DNA of 64,000 nucleotides from a bacterium. Lineage in GTDB: Bacteria; Zhuqueibacterota; Zhuqueibacteria; Residuimicrobiales; Residuimicrobiaceae. The notes beneath the pieces were generated by a model, which was not told the origin of the DNA, did not search any database, and saw only the letters and a list, made by a program, of their open reading frames with translations. Each line of letters begins with the position of its first letter. Positions within the stretch are counted from its first letter, which is position 1. The DNA lies in assembly GCA_036788095.1 (NCBI GenBank), contig DAIQOA010000001.1:3948-67947 (forward strand), given 5' to 3'. This document shows positions 19,161 to 29,024 of the stretch, piece by piece. The position numbers were made by a program, and so were the translations under genes.

Positions 19161-21884
19161 ATGAAGATTTTTAACAAATTTATCTTGTTACTTTTGTGTG
19201 CGACCGCTGCCTGGGCCCAATCGTCGCTCATTCGAGGCCGGATTACCGACAAGCGCACCAAGGAGACGTTGCCCGGCGTCAACGTCTCGGTCCCTGGAAC
19301 CTACAAAGGCGCGGTGACCGATATCGAAGGCGTCTACGAGATCCGCGACCTGGCGCCCGGCGACTATGATCTCAAGGCGTCCCTTATCGGCTACACCGTC
19401 CAGGTGCGCACCGGCGTTCATGTGGAGCAGGGAAAAACCACGCAGATTGATTTCAGTCTCGAGGCCACGGTCCTGGCCCTGGGCCAATCCGTCGAGGTCA
19501 TCGGTAAAAAACCGCTGTTCGAGACCGACATCACCGCCTCGCAACAGCACATCTCCTCCGAAGAGATCGAACAAAAGGTGGTGGAGAGCGTCACCGATCT
19601 GGTGGGCGAACAGCTCGGCGTGGTGGTTCAGGACAACAAGATCCATATCCGCGGCGGCCGCGCCGATGAGAGCCTGTACATCATCGACGGTCAGTCCATC
19701 AAGGACCCGCTGTCCGGCTATTCCAACACCCTGTACGTCAACGCTGCCGCAGTCAAGGATCTCAAGGTCATCACCGGTGGCTTTGACGCCGAGTACGGCC
19801 AGGCCATGTCCGGCGTGGTGGACATCGAGACCAAAGAGGGCGACGACCATTATTCCGGCGGTGTGAGCGTCAAATCGGACAACCTCGCCCACGGCCTGTT
19901 CCCCTCGTTCAACACCGACATCGTGCAGCTCACCCTCGGTGGTCCTGAGCCCCTCACCCACCGTCTGCTGCCCGCCATCGGGCTGCGTTTCCCCGGCAAA
20001 CTTAATTTTTTTCTCAGCGGGTACGGCAACATCAGCGACACCTATCTGCCGCATGCGGACCGGCTCTCTCCGGCCAAAGCCTCGTATGAAAAATTCGCTT
20101 CGCGCCAGGAGAATGATTGGCATCTCATGGGCAAACTCTCCTGGGAGATCAAGCCGGGCCGCAAAGTATCGCTCTCCCATGATCGCTCTTTGAACATCAA
20201 CCAGGGGTATTTTACCTCTCTGGCGACCGACATCGGCGGCTTTCCCTATGACTATTCCAAAATGCTGGATCACTATAACACCCTGACCAAAGAAGCCAAC
20301 CTGACCACGTTGCAGTGGATCCACACGCTCAACAGCCGCACTTTTTACCGCATGACCCTGTCCCGCTTTTTCACCAGCATCCACTCCGCGGTGCAGAACA
20401 AGCACTGGAGCGCCTATCAGGAAGGGCTGGACCTGCTGCCCATTCTCTACATTCCCGATTCAGAGGGCAACGTGAAAACCCGGTACGGCGACGGCTTTTT
20501 TGACACCGGCGATGCCGAAGGGTGGTACGACTATTTCAGCGACAATTGGACGATCAAAACCGATCTCACCACACAGCCGAACGACAAACACTCGATCAAA
20601 GCGGGCGTTGAGGCGCGCTATACGGACATGCAAGTGGTGGATATCAACGCGCCCTGGTACGGCGAGAGCGGCCTGGGGCGCAACCATGATTATTTTCGCG
20701 TCTACCCCAACGATGGCGCTCTTTATCTGCAGGATCGCATCACCTACGACGGCATGATCGTCAACATCGGCCTGCGCTACGACTATTGGTTTCCCGGCAA
20801 ATTTGTCGACGACGCCATCAAGGATTCCAACACTGTGACCATCACCGATGCGGCGCGTGTGAAGTATCAGGACGAAACCTTCGAGCTCTGGGGCTTGCGC
20901 GGCAAAAGTCATCTCAGCCCGCGATTGGGCATCAGCCATCCGGTCACCGACAACGACGTGCTCTATCTCCATTATGGCCATTTTTCCCAACAGCCCAAAG
21001 GCCAGTATGTGTATGCCAAGCTGCGCTCCACCTCGGAAGCGACATATCAGCTTTTCGGCAATCCCAACCTCAAGCCCACGACCACCGTGGCCTACGAGTT
21101 GGGACTCAAACACCGGTTCAACGCCAACCAGACTCTGGAGATCAAGGCCTACTACAAGGATATGTTTGATTATCCTACCGCGGCCACGGTGCGCAAATTC
21201 AGCCCCCGTTACGGCAACATCAGCTTTCTCATGTATGTGAATATGGATTACGCGCGGGCCCGCGGGATCGAGATGCGCTTTCGCCGGCGTTACAGCCAGT
21301 TCCTCAGCGGCAATGTCGATTTCACCTATGCCCTGGCCACGGGCAAGAGCTCAACGCCCAACACCAATCTGCTGGTCGCCGCGGGCAAGGTGTCGGAAAA
21401 GCCGTTGGGAGAGAGCCGGCTCAGTTGGGATCGCCCCTACCGCCTGTCGACGGATCTCTATTTCGATATGCCGGAGAAAGCCAACATTCGTTTGGCCGGG
21501 GTGCGGTTGCCGGAAAAATGGGGATTGACCCTGCGCTGGGAATACGAGTCAGGCAAACGCTACCGCCGCATCATCGATGTGGCCGATAACGTCTATGAAA
21601 AGGATGAATACGGCTCCCTGTCCGACCCCTGGATGCGCCTGGATCTCAAATGGTACAAAGAGTTCGAGTTGTTCAAGACGCATCTGGCCCTGCTGGTCGA
21701 AGCGGAGAACGTGTTCAACGCCAAGGTGCCGCGCATCATCAATCCAGTGACCGGCCGGCCGTATCAGCCGGGCGATGTGATCCCGGTCAGCTGGTATGAT
21801 GATCCTGATGATTTGCCGGCCACCAATCCGGCGCGCTACGACTGGCCGCGCCGGGTGATGACCGGATTGGAGATAAGGTTCTGA
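19161..21884 (+). CDS. TonB-dependent outer-membrane receptor with N-terminal carboxypeptidase-D-regulatory-like domain (SusC/RagA-type architecture)
   Basis: Signal peptide MKIFNKFILLLLCATAAWAQ (alternative start 19137). CarbopepD_reg 'IRGRITDKRTKETLPGVNVSV...TDIEGVYEI'. Plug 'LYIIDGQSI', followed by a long β-barrel ending in aromatic 'GLEIRF'. Confidence 0.8.
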   Translation: MKIFNKFILLLLCATAAWAQSSLIRGRITDKRTKETLPGVNVSVPGTYKGAVTDIEGVYEIRDLAPGDYDLKASLIGYTVQVRTGVHVEQGKTTQIDFSLEATVLALGQSVEVIGKKPLFETDITASQQHISSEEIEQKVVESVTDLVGEQLGVVVQDNKIHIRGGRADESLYIIDGQSIKDPLSGYSNTLYVNAAAVKDLKVITGGFDAEYGQAMSGVVDIETKEGDDHYSGGVSVKSDNLAHGLFPSFNTDIVQLTLGGPEPLTHRLLPAIGLRFPGKLNFFLSGYGNISDTYLPHADRLSPAKASYEKFASRQENDWHLMGKLSWEIKPGRKVSLSHDRSLNINQGYFTSLATDIGGFPYDYSKMLDHYNTLTKEANLTTLQWIHTLNSRTFYRMTLSRFFTSIHSAVQNKHWSAYQEGLDLLPILYIPDSEGNVKTRYGDGFFDTGDAEGWYDYFSDNWTIKTDLTTQPNDKHSIKAGVEARYTDMQVVDINAPWYGESGLGRNHDYFRVYPNDGALYLQDRITYDGMIVNIGLRYDYWFPGKFVDDAIKDSNTVTITDAARVKYQDETFELWGLRGKSHLSPRLGISHPVTDNDVLYLHYGHFSQQPKGQYVYAKLRSTSEATYQLFGNPNLKPTTTVAYELGLKHRFNANQTLEIKAYYKDMFDYPTAATVRKFSPRYGNISFLMYVNMDYARARGIEMRFRRRYSQFLSGNVDFTYALATGKSSTPNTNLLVAAGKVSEKPLGESRLSWDRPYRLSTDLYFDMPEKANIRLAGVRLPEKWGLTLRWEYESGKRYRRIIDVADNVYEKDEYGSLSDPWMRLDLKWYKEFELFKTHLALLVEAENVFNAKVPRIINPVTGRPYQPGDVIPVSWYDDPDDLPATNPARYDWPRRVMTGLEIRF

Positions 21885-21889
21885 TCACG

Positions 21890-22912
21890 ATGGCAGGAAG
21901 GAATCGATATAGCCTGAACACGGCGCTGCGTTACGTATTTTTGTTGACCGCCGTGCTGTTTTTAAGCCGGCCGGCGGACGGGCAAGGGCTTTTACCCCGG
22001 CTGGGTGAGCAACGCGCCGGCACCGCCTCCCTGACGTTTCTCAAGATCGGCGTGGGCGCTCGAGCGGTCTCCATGGCCGGCGCCTATGTGGCCATGGCCA
22101 ACGACGCCTCCGCAACCTATTGGAATCCCGCCGGCCTGGTGCAGATCGGCCGTAACGAACTGGTCGTTTCGCACTCCGACTGGCTGGTGGATGTTGATTA
22201 CGAATATCTGGGCTATGTGCATCAAGTGACGCGGAATTTAAGCCTGGGCGCTTTTGCAGGCTATCTCCATTTTGCCGATATGCCGGTGACCACCGAGTAT
22301 CATCCTTACGGCAACGGCGATTATTTTTCTTATCACGACTGGGTGGCCGGGCTGAGCGCTTCGCTCAAAATGACAGACCGGTTTTCCTTCGGCGTGACCG
22401 CTAAATACGCGGCCGAGGAACTGGCCGGTCTGCGCATGGGCGGCCTGCTGCTGGACATGGGCACCTATTACTGGACCGGCTACAAAACCCTGCGCCTGGC
22501 CGCTGCCCTGCGCAATTTCGGCAACGACATGCGGCCGGCTGGAACCTATCTGCGCACAAAAACCAGCGGCGCTACGGTCACCTCCTATCAGGCGTTCTCG
22601 CCGCCGACGCTCTTTACTCTGGGCGCGGCTATGGACGTGTATCAGTCGGACGCCCATCGGGTCACCGCGACGGTGCAGATGAATCATCCCATGGACGATC
22701 AGGAAAATTTTCTCATGGGCGGCGAGTACCGGTTCCGCTCGCTCTTTGCCTTTCGCGGCGGCTATCGCGCCAGCTCGGGCGAGAATCACTGGACCTTTGG
22801 CGCCGGCGCCAAGTTCATCCTCAAGGGAGCGCATCTCAAGATCGATTATGCCTATGCGGATTACACCCATTTGACCATGACACAGCAATTCACCTTTGGA
22901 TTTGAATTTTAA
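21890..22912 (+). CDS. PorV/PorQ-family (T9SS-associated, FadL-like) outer-membrane β-barrel protein, co-transcribed with the TBDR
   Basis: Signal peptide, then the family hallmark 'GARAVSMAGAYVAMANDASATYWNPAGL'. 340 aa with alternating amphipathic β-strands and a terminal 'FTFGFEF'. Starts 6 nt after the TBDR stop. Confidence 0.6.
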   Translation: MAGRNRYSLNTALRYVFLLTAVLFLSRPADGQGLLPRLGEQRAGTASLTFLKIGVGARAVSMAGAYVAMANDASATYWNPAGLVQIGRNELVVSHSDWLVDVDYEYLGYVHQVTRNLSLGAFAGYLHFADMPVTTEYHPYGNGDYFSYHDWVAGLSASLKMTDRFSFGVTAKYAAEELAGLRMGGLLLDMGTYYWTGYKTLRLAAALRNFGNDMRPAGTYLRTKTSGATVTSYQAFSPPTLFTLGAAMDVYQSDAHRVTATVQMNHPMDDQENFLMGGEYRFRSLFAFRGGYRASSGENHWTFGAGAKFILKGAHLKIDYAYADYTHLTMTQQFTFGFEF

Positions 22913-24150
22913 TGAAGCGCACTGATTACATGGTCGTCGTCGCGCTGTTGACCACCCTGGGATGCAGCGAGTACAAGATGCCGCTGCCGAGTCCGGCCAC
23001 CGGCAGCCTGTCCTTCGGCGCCAATGACACCAGCTATGTGGAGCTCCAGCCGCAATGGGACGCCGCGTATCTGGGCGTGCCGCTGCAGGCGCCGGGGGAT
23101 TTGACCATCAGCGCCGACGGCACGCTCTATCTGGCGGATGAAGGGGCAGACCGGATTTACGCCCTGAGCAAAGCGGGCCGCATTCTTGGTGATTTCGGCC
23201 AGAATGCGCTGGACGCGGTAGCCAAGCCACGCGCGCTGGCCATGGACAGCAAGCTGAATCTGCTCATCGTCGACGGCACCCACACGCTGTATATCTGGAA
23301 TCAATTCTTGAATCGCATTCCCATCGATTCGGTGGCGGACTCCGCCATCTTTTTCGACCGGGAGAAAAACGAAACCGTTCAGTTGACCCTCGAGGAGTGG
23401 TCGCAGCGCGTCAGCGCAGGAGCCTCTTCGTTGATGCTGCGCCGTTATCTCTTTCGCAGCGATCCGGAACGCATCGCCGCCGCCCGCGGGATCTATCCGG
23501 CGTATCAGGACGAGGACGCGGCTGCGCAGTATAACGGCGTTGCCGCGGGCAAATACAGCGAAGAGACGGTCTACCTGACGGAATCCCACACCGATCGGAT
23601 TCTGCAACTGCTGCTGATGCCGAATCTGGCGTTTAAAGGAAAAGACCGGAGCGTGCTGTTCGGGTACAGGGCGGTGCTGCAAAAGACCGTGGCGGTTTTC
23701 GGCTCCGGATCAGGCACTGTGGATGATCCCTGGGCCATCACCACCGACAGCGATGAAAATCTATATTTCACCCAATTGGGCGGCAATTTTCGCGTGCAGA
23801 AATTGAGCGCCGCCACTTTTACGCCGCGCTATGTGCTCTATCAGCATGCGATCATGGATCTCGAGCGGTTCGTCGCGCCCTATGATATGGCGCTGGACGG
23901 ATCGAACCAAATTTTTGTCCTTGACGGCGCTACCGGCGCGGTGACCAAGTTCGCCAACTCGGGGAGCAAAGCCGGACAGATGCTCAGTCTGGGAAAAAAG
24001 GGGCTGGCTCTGGCTCGTTTTCAAGAGGGAAAAGGGCTGCTGGTCAGCGATCAGGTCGTCTATGTGGTCGAACGCGGCGCCCGGTGCATCCGCCGGTTTC
24101 AGTATTCCGTCTCGGAATCTGATCTTCCCTATGACGACAAAAAACCTTGA
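22912..24150 (+). CDS. NHL-repeat / six-bladed β-propeller lipoprotein
   Basis: Lipobox 'ALLTTLGCS'. NHL-like blades 'LYLADEGADRIYAL', 'LLIVDGTHTLYIW', 'IFVLDGATGAVTKF', 'VYVVERGARCIRRF'. Start overlaps the upstream stop. Confidence 0.6.
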   Translation: MKRTDYMVVVALLTTLGCSEYKMPLPSPATGSLSFGANDTSYVELQPQWDAAYLGVPLQAPGDLTISADGTLYLADEGADRIYALSKAGRILGDFGQNALDAVAKPRALAMDSKLNLLIVDGTHTLYIWNQFLNRIPIDSVADSAIFFDREKNETVQLTLEEWSQRVSAGASSLMLRRYLFRSDPERIAAARGIYPAYQDEDAAAQYNGVAAGKYSEETVYLTESHTDRILQLLLMPNLAFKGKDRSVLFGYRAVLQKTVAVFGSGSGTVDDPWAITTDSDENLYFTQLGGNFRVQKLSAATFTPRYVLYQHAIMDLERFVAPYDMALDGSNQIFVLDGATGAVTKFANSGSKAGQMLSLGKKGLALARFQEGKGLLVSDQVVYVVERGARCIRRFQYSVSESDLPYDDKKP

Positions 24151-24267
24151 TGGTCAAGGCAGGAAAGGAGGCCTGGAGATCACATAAAAGAGTACGCACA
24201 AAGAAGAAAGGGGCGGTTGGGCAGCCGTTCGTTTTTCGGATAACCTTATTTTTGGAGGAGTGGAGTT

Positions 24268-26982
24268 ATGAAAAAAATTTTCAAGGTGGCGGGAGCGCTG
24301 TGCCTGTTGTTTATATTCGCCGCCGGCTCGTACGCACAGACAGGCAAAATCGTCGGTCGCGTGATCGACGCCACTATGAAGCAGGAGATGATCGGGGCTA
24401 ACGTGCAGGTAACCGGTACCATGCTGGGTGCGGTGACGGATGTGCGCGGGAATTACACGATCACAGGCGTGCCGGCCGGCACTCATTCATTAAAAGTTTC
24501 CTTTGTCGGTTACCAGACGGCTGAAGGTTCAGCCGCGGTCACCGCGGGAAAAACGACGGTCCTAGATTTTGCGTTGACGCCGACGATGATCATCACCAAG
24601 GGCATCAGCGTTTTTGCCGACCGCGCCAAGGAGCGCGAGACCCCGGTGGCGTTCACCAACATTCAAAAACAGGAGATGGTGCAAAGACTGGGTTCCCGCG
24701 ACATTCCGCTGGTGCTCACCACGGCGCCGAGCGTGTACGCCACCCCTTCGGGCGGCGGCGCGGGAGATGCCCGCATGAACATCCGCGGTTTTGATCAGCG
24801 TAACGTAGCCATCATGATCAACGGCGTGCCGATCAATGACATGGAGAACGGCTGGGTGTACTGGTCCAACTGGGACGGCGTTTCCGACGCCACCTCCTCG
24901 ATCCAGCTGCAGCGTGGCCTCAGTGCCGTCAATCTGGCCACCCCCTCCATCGGCGGTACGATGAACATCATCACTGATCCCAGCGCACAGTCCGCCGGCA
25001 TCATCGCACGGCAGGAGATCGGCAGCGGCGGTTTTCTCAAGACCACGGTCAGCGCCGCCAGCGGGCTGCTGAACGGCAAGTTCTCCGTCAATGGAACAGT
25101 GGTGCGTAAAACCGGCGACGGCATTGTCGACGCGACCTATACCGACGCCTGGGCGTATTATTTGGGAGCGGCCTACAACCTCAACACCAACAACCGCATC
25201 GAGCTGTATGCCATGGGCGCTCCGCAGATGCACGGCCAGAATATCAACAAGCAGAACATCGGCGTTTTCAACAAAGAATTCGCTCTGGGCCTCGAGGGGT
25301 ACGATCCGGCGGCGGCCGACAAATATGTCGAGTCCTCCTCGGGCGTCAAGTACAATCAGAACTGGAACACCGTCAGCTCGTCCTACGCCGGCAAACAGTA
25401 CTGGAATGGAAAAACGCACGATCGCCAGACCTCGGACGTCCTCTACGAACGGGAAAACTATTATCACAAGCCGGTCGTGAACCTGAACTGGTACTCCAAG
25501 CTCAGTGAAAAAGCGGGCCTCTATTCGGTGGCCTATTACGCCGGCGGCCGCGGTGGCGGCTCGGGCACTTACGGATCAGTGACCAGCGATAAGAGCCAAT
25601 TCCCCAATCCCAGAGATTGGAACGCGACCATCGCCAAGAACCAGGCCAGCACCACCGGCGCTTTGGGAGTGCTGCGCAACAGCACCAACAATCAGGATGC
25701 TTTCGGCGCCATCTCCAAACTCAACTATGCGTTCAGCAAAAATCTCAAGAGCGCGATCGGCGTCGATTGGCGTACCGCATCCATCGATCATTACCGTGAA
25801 ATCCGCGATATGCTCGGCGGCGCCTATTATGTCGACCTCAAGGCCGACAAGGTCAGTCCGCGCAGCGACTTTTGGACTGCTGAACAGACTCAGCGCAAGC
25901 TGGGCGACCGGATCGATTACGATTTCACCAACAGCGTCAACTGGATGGGCTGCTTTGGTCAAGTAGAGTATACGCTGAACAAAATCAGCACCTACGCCAT
26001 GGCCGGCTGGTCGACCATCAAGTACGACCACACCAACCATTTCAAAAAAGACGAGGCCGGCAAAGAGCTCTATTTGGAGAGCGACTGGATCGGCGGCGCG
26101 CAGGTTAAAGGCGGCGCCAGCTATCGCGCCACGGAGAGCATGGATATCTACGCCAACATCGGTCATGTTTCCAAGGTGCCGATTTTTGACAACGTCATCA
26201 GCGACGTCACCTCATCTCTGGCCGCGGCGCCGGTGAATGAAAAATTCTTTTCCATGGAAGCGGGCGTCAATATGCGCCTGCTGACCAATCAACTGGTCGG
26301 CAAGGTGAACATCTATCGCACCACCTGGATGGACCGCGCAAAATCCTATTCCATCATCGATGCCAACGGCGACGAGTCCATCGTTTTTGTCACCGGCATG
26401 GATCAGTTACATCAGGGCGTTGAGGTGGAGCTCGCTTACCAGCCGGTCAAACAGGCCCGGCTGGATGGAACGGTCAGCGTCGGCGACTGGACCAACACCA
26501 GCGACGTCAGCGGCTATTATAAGGATTACTCCGGCGGCGTAGAGACCGACAAGAGCTACAATTTCTACGTGGACGGCCTCAAAGTCGGCGATCAGCCGCA
26601 AAAGATGCTAGCCCTCAGCGCCAGCCTCTTTCCGCTGAACGGCATGACCCTGGAAATTTCGGCCCGTCACTATCGCGATCACTTTTCCTCCTGGGATCCC
26701 TTTGGCCGCTCCAACGCGGCCGATCGCACTCAGAGCTGGAGAGCCCCGAACTATACGCTCCTTGACCTGCATGCCGCCTACACGCTGCCGGTTCAGGTCG
26801 GCAGGGCCAAAATGCAGGTGTTCGCCCACTGTTTCAACCTGCTGGATGAGCTTTACATCCAGGACGCGGTGGACAACAGCAGCTACAGCTCTTTTGGTCC
26901 CAAGACGCATGCGGCGGATGACGCCGAGGTCTGGATGGGCCTGCCGCGCAATTTCAATCTGGGCCTTCAGGTCAGCTACTAG
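24268..26982 (+). CDS. TonB-dependent outer-membrane receptor with CarbopepD_reg N-domain (second copy)
   Basis: Strong GGAGG RBS. Signal peptide 'MKKIFKVAGALCLLFIFAAGSYAQ'. 'GKIVGRVIDATMKQEMIGANVQVTG...TDVRGNYTITGV', plug 'IMINGVPIND', C-terminal 'NLGLQVSY'. Confidence 0.8.
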   Translation: MKKIFKVAGALCLLFIFAAGSYAQTGKIVGRVIDATMKQEMIGANVQVTGTMLGAVTDVRGNYTITGVPAGTHSLKVSFVGYQTAEGSAAVTAGKTTVLDFALTPTMIITKGISVFADRAKERETPVAFTNIQKQEMVQRLGSRDIPLVLTTAPSVYATPSGGGAGDARMNIRGFDQRNVAIMINGVPINDMENGWVYWSNWDGVSDATSSIQLQRGLSAVNLATPSIGGTMNIITDPSAQSAGIIARQEIGSGGFLKTTVSAASGLLNGKFSVNGTVVRKTGDGIVDATYTDAWAYYLGAAYNLNTNNRIELYAMGAPQMHGQNINKQNIGVFNKEFALGLEGYDPAAADKYVESSSGVKYNQNWNTVSSSYAGKQYWNGKTHDRQTSDVLYERENYYHKPVVNLNWYSKLSEKAGLYSVAYYAGGRGGGSGTYGSVTSDKSQFPNPRDWNATIAKNQASTTGALGVLRNSTNNQDAFGAISKLNYAFSKNLKSAIGVDWRTASIDHYREIRDMLGGAYYVDLKADKVSPRSDFWTAEQTQRKLGDRIDYDFTNSVNWMGCFGQVEYTLNKISTYAMAGWSTIKYDHTNHFKKDEAGKELYLESDWIGGAQVKGGASYRATESMDIYANIGHVSKVPIFDNVISDVTSSLAAAPVNEKFFSMEAGVNMRLLTNQLVGKVNIYRTTWMDRAKSYSIIDANGDESIVFVTGMDQLHQGVEVELAYQPVKQARLDGTVSVGDWTNTSDVSGYYKDYSGGVETDKSYNFYVDGLKVGDQPQKMLALSASLFPLNGMTLEISARHYRDHFSSWDPFGRSNAADRTQSWRAPNYTLLDLHAAYTLPVQVGRAKMQVFAHCFNLLDELYIQDAVDNSSYSSFGPKTHAADDAEVWMGLPRNFNLGLQVSY

Positions 26983-26996
26983 GTTTTTGTTTCTGC

Positions 26997-27027
26997 AAGC
27001 CCCCAGCCACGGGGGCTTTTTTTTTCT
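26997..27027 (+). terminator. rho-independent terminator after the second TBDR
   Basis: AAGCCCCCagccacGGGGGCTT followed by TTTTTTTTT. Confidence 0.6.
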
Positions 27028-27100
27028 TGGACGCGCGCTGTTTGCCGGTTTTTTTCTCTGATTCTGCATTTATCGCCGCCGGCCAGCCGCGATTTAGTCC

Positions 27101-27129
27101 TTGACATTCACCGCAAATCGTGATAACTT
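27101..27129 (+). promoter_or_regulatory. putative promoter of the ogt-nudix-ssb-like operon (-35 TTGACA, 17 nt, -10 TAACTT)
   Basis: TTGACA at 27101-27106, a 17-nt spacer, and TAACTT at 27124-27129, ~30 nt upstream of the ogt ATG. Confidence 0.35.
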
Positions 27130-27161
27130 TTTATAATTTATGCGGGGAAAAGGAGAGAGGA

Positions 27162-27668
27162 ATGGCGAAACAGTTATCCTACTGCCTTTATGCCTGGGAC
27201 CCGGCCAATCTGATGTTGGTCGCCTCTGAGCAGGGTTTGTTCCGGATCGAATTCGTCCGCCCGGGCGAAGAGGACCGGTTCCTCACCGCTTTGCCGCCGG
27301 CGGTTCATTTGGTCAAGGACGAGCGTGCTTTCGACAAGGTGCGGACGCAGCTGGATATCTATTTTTCCGGCAAGCCGGTAAAATGGCAAATGGCGCTGGA
27401 TGTATCGTCCGGCACGGATTTTCAGCAAGTGGTGTGGTCGGCCCTGCGCCGGATTCCCTATGGGAAGACCATCACCTATGGACAACTGGCCCAGAGCATC
27501 GGCAAGCCCGGCGCCAGCCGTGCGGTCGGTACGGCCAACGCCGCCAATCCTCTCCCGGTCATTATCCCCTGTCATCGCGTGGTGGCCGGCAGCGGCCGCT
27601 TGGGCGGATTCAGCGGCGGCCTGCACATCAAACAGGCGCTGTTGCGGTTGGAGGGGGTTCTGCTGTAA
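27162..27668 (+). CDS. ogt: methylated-DNA--protein-cysteine S-methyltransferase (O6-alkylguanine-DNA alkyltransferase)
   Basis: Start MAKQLSY with AAGGAGAGAGG RBS. Active site 'PCHRVV'. 'TYGQLAQSIGKPGASRAVGTANAANP' is the HTH/asparagine-hinge region. Confidence 0.85.
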   Translation: MAKQLSYCLYAWDPANLMLVASEQGLFRIEFVRPGEEDRFLTALPPAVHLVKDERAFDKVRTQLDIYFSGKPVKWQMALDVSSGTDFQQVVWSALRRIPYGKTITYGQLAQSIGKPGASRAVGTANAANPLPVIIPCHRVVAGSGRLGGFSGGLHIKQALLRLEGVLL

Positions 27669-28429
27669 TGGCGGTGTATCGCACTCTGGCCAGAGGAAGT
27701 TGGCGCAGCGACCAAGTACGCATGGAGTGGCGTGCGGAATTTCATGCCCTGCCGGAGGTTCTGCAGCCTGAAGTCGAACGCCTGTGGCGGGAGAAGGAAA
27801 AGCAGGGTCACTTTAACGGCCATATGGCCCGGCTGGATGGGTACGAGATGCAAAACAGCTGTCTGTGCTTGCGTCTGTCCACCGGCGATTATCGAACATT
27901 GATGTATTCAAACGCCTTTACGGAACAGCTGTTGCGCGATTGGTCCGCTCAGGCCCTGTCCTGCGCTCTGGGCATCAGCGCTCTGGTGCGCAGCCGCGAC
28001 GGCCGGGTGGCGCTGATCCGGCGCAGCGACACGGTCGGCGAATATCCGGGGCACCTCGATGTGTTCGGCGGCCACATCGATGAGACGCTGCGGGGGAATG
28101 AACACGCCGCTTTTTTAGCCATGCGGCAAGAGCTGGAGGAAGAAGCGGCGCTGAAAAGCGAAGAATACGATTTGCAGTGCTTTGGCCTGATCGAGGCGCT
28201 GGACCATCGCAAGCCGGAATTGCTATTTCTCGCCGACTGTCGGCTGACGGCGGATGAGATCGCGGCGCGAGTGCGTGAGGCGGTCGATCGCCACGAGTTG
28301 CAGCAGCTGCTGTTTTTTCCCGATCAGGGCAAGGCCCTCGAGCGGGTGCTGGCGGTTGAAAGGATGATCAGTCCGTCCGCGGTGGGATGTGTGGAGGAAT
28401 ATATCAAAGCAGAGCGAGGACAAAGATGA
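27668..28429 (+). CDS. NUDIX hydrolase, translationally coupled to ogt (TAATG overlap)
   Basis: Nudix box 'GGHIDETLRGNEHAAFLAMRQELEEEAAL' (GX5EX7REUXEEXGU-like). Start at 27668 overlaps the ogt stop. The upstream part of ORF 27383.. is an alternative frame of ogt. Confidence 0.7.
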   Translation: MAVYRTLARGSWRSDQVRMEWRAEFHALPEVLQPEVERLWREKEKQGHFNGHMARLDGYEMQNSCLCLRLSTGDYRTLMYSNAFTEQLLRDWSAQALSCALGISALVRSRDGRVALIRRSDTVGEYPGHLDVFGGHIDETLRGNEHAAFLAMRQELEEEAALKSEEYDLQCFGLIEALDHRKPELLFLADCRLTADEIAARVREAVDRHELQQLLFFPDQGKALERVLAVERMISPSAVGCVEEYIKAERGQR

Positions 28430-28510
28430 TGGGCGGAGAAAAGTTTCCTCATTCGAGAAAGATAAGCCAAAAAACAGACCTCATCAATATTAATAAAACG
28501 TGATCAGGCC

Positions 28511-29011
28511 ATGAAAGAAAAACACAAACATCATCACAGAAAGCAGCATCGGCCGGCGGTGGAGCCCCTGCAGGTCGATCCCAACAAATCCTATGATTTC
28601 CCCAATGTCAACCGGGTGGTGGTGGCGGGAATGCTGATGCAGGACCCGCCGCTGCGCTGGACCTCGCGCGGCGTGCCGGTGACCAACTTTGTCATCTGCA
28701 CCGAGCCCGAAGCGGAAGCCGGCGCACTGGAGGGCATGGAGCGGGAACATTGCTACATCAGCGTTGTCGTCTGGGCTCAGCAGGCGGTGCAATGCAACAA
28801 ATATTTGAAAAGAGGCAACAGCGTGCTGATCATCGGCGAACTGCAGTCCATGCCCAACAGCGCGCCGGAGAAAGTCTATTATCCCATTCAGATCAACGCC
28901 CAGTGGATTCAGTATCTGGAAAAGGGCCTGGTGACCGCCATCGATCCGAGCTATGAGAACCAGGGCAACGGGATTCTGGAAACCTCGGAGAACACCACCA
29001 CCGGCGCCTAG
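28511..29011 (+). CDS. SSB-family OB-fold protein (single-stranded DNA-binding-like) with His-rich N-terminus and no acidic C-terminal tip
   Basis: 'NRVVVAGMLMQDPPLRWTSRGVPVTNFVICTE' and 'YISVVVWAQQAVQCNKYLKRGNSVLIIGELQS' align with the SSB β1-β3 and L45 regions (E. coli '[31 protein letters not shown]', '[31 protein letters not shown]'). The N-terminus is MKEKHKHHHRKQHR and there is no DDDIPF tail. Confidence 0.65.
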   Translation: MKEKHKHHHRKQHRPAVEPLQVDPNKSYDFPNVNRVVVAGMLMQDPPLRWTSRGVPVTNFVICTEPEAEAGALEGMEREHCYISVVVWAQQAVQCNKYLKRGNSVLIIGELQSMPNSAPEKVYYPIQINAQWIQYLEKGLVTAIDPSYENQGNGILETSENTTTGA

Positions 29012-29024
29012 TGCGAATCCCCAC

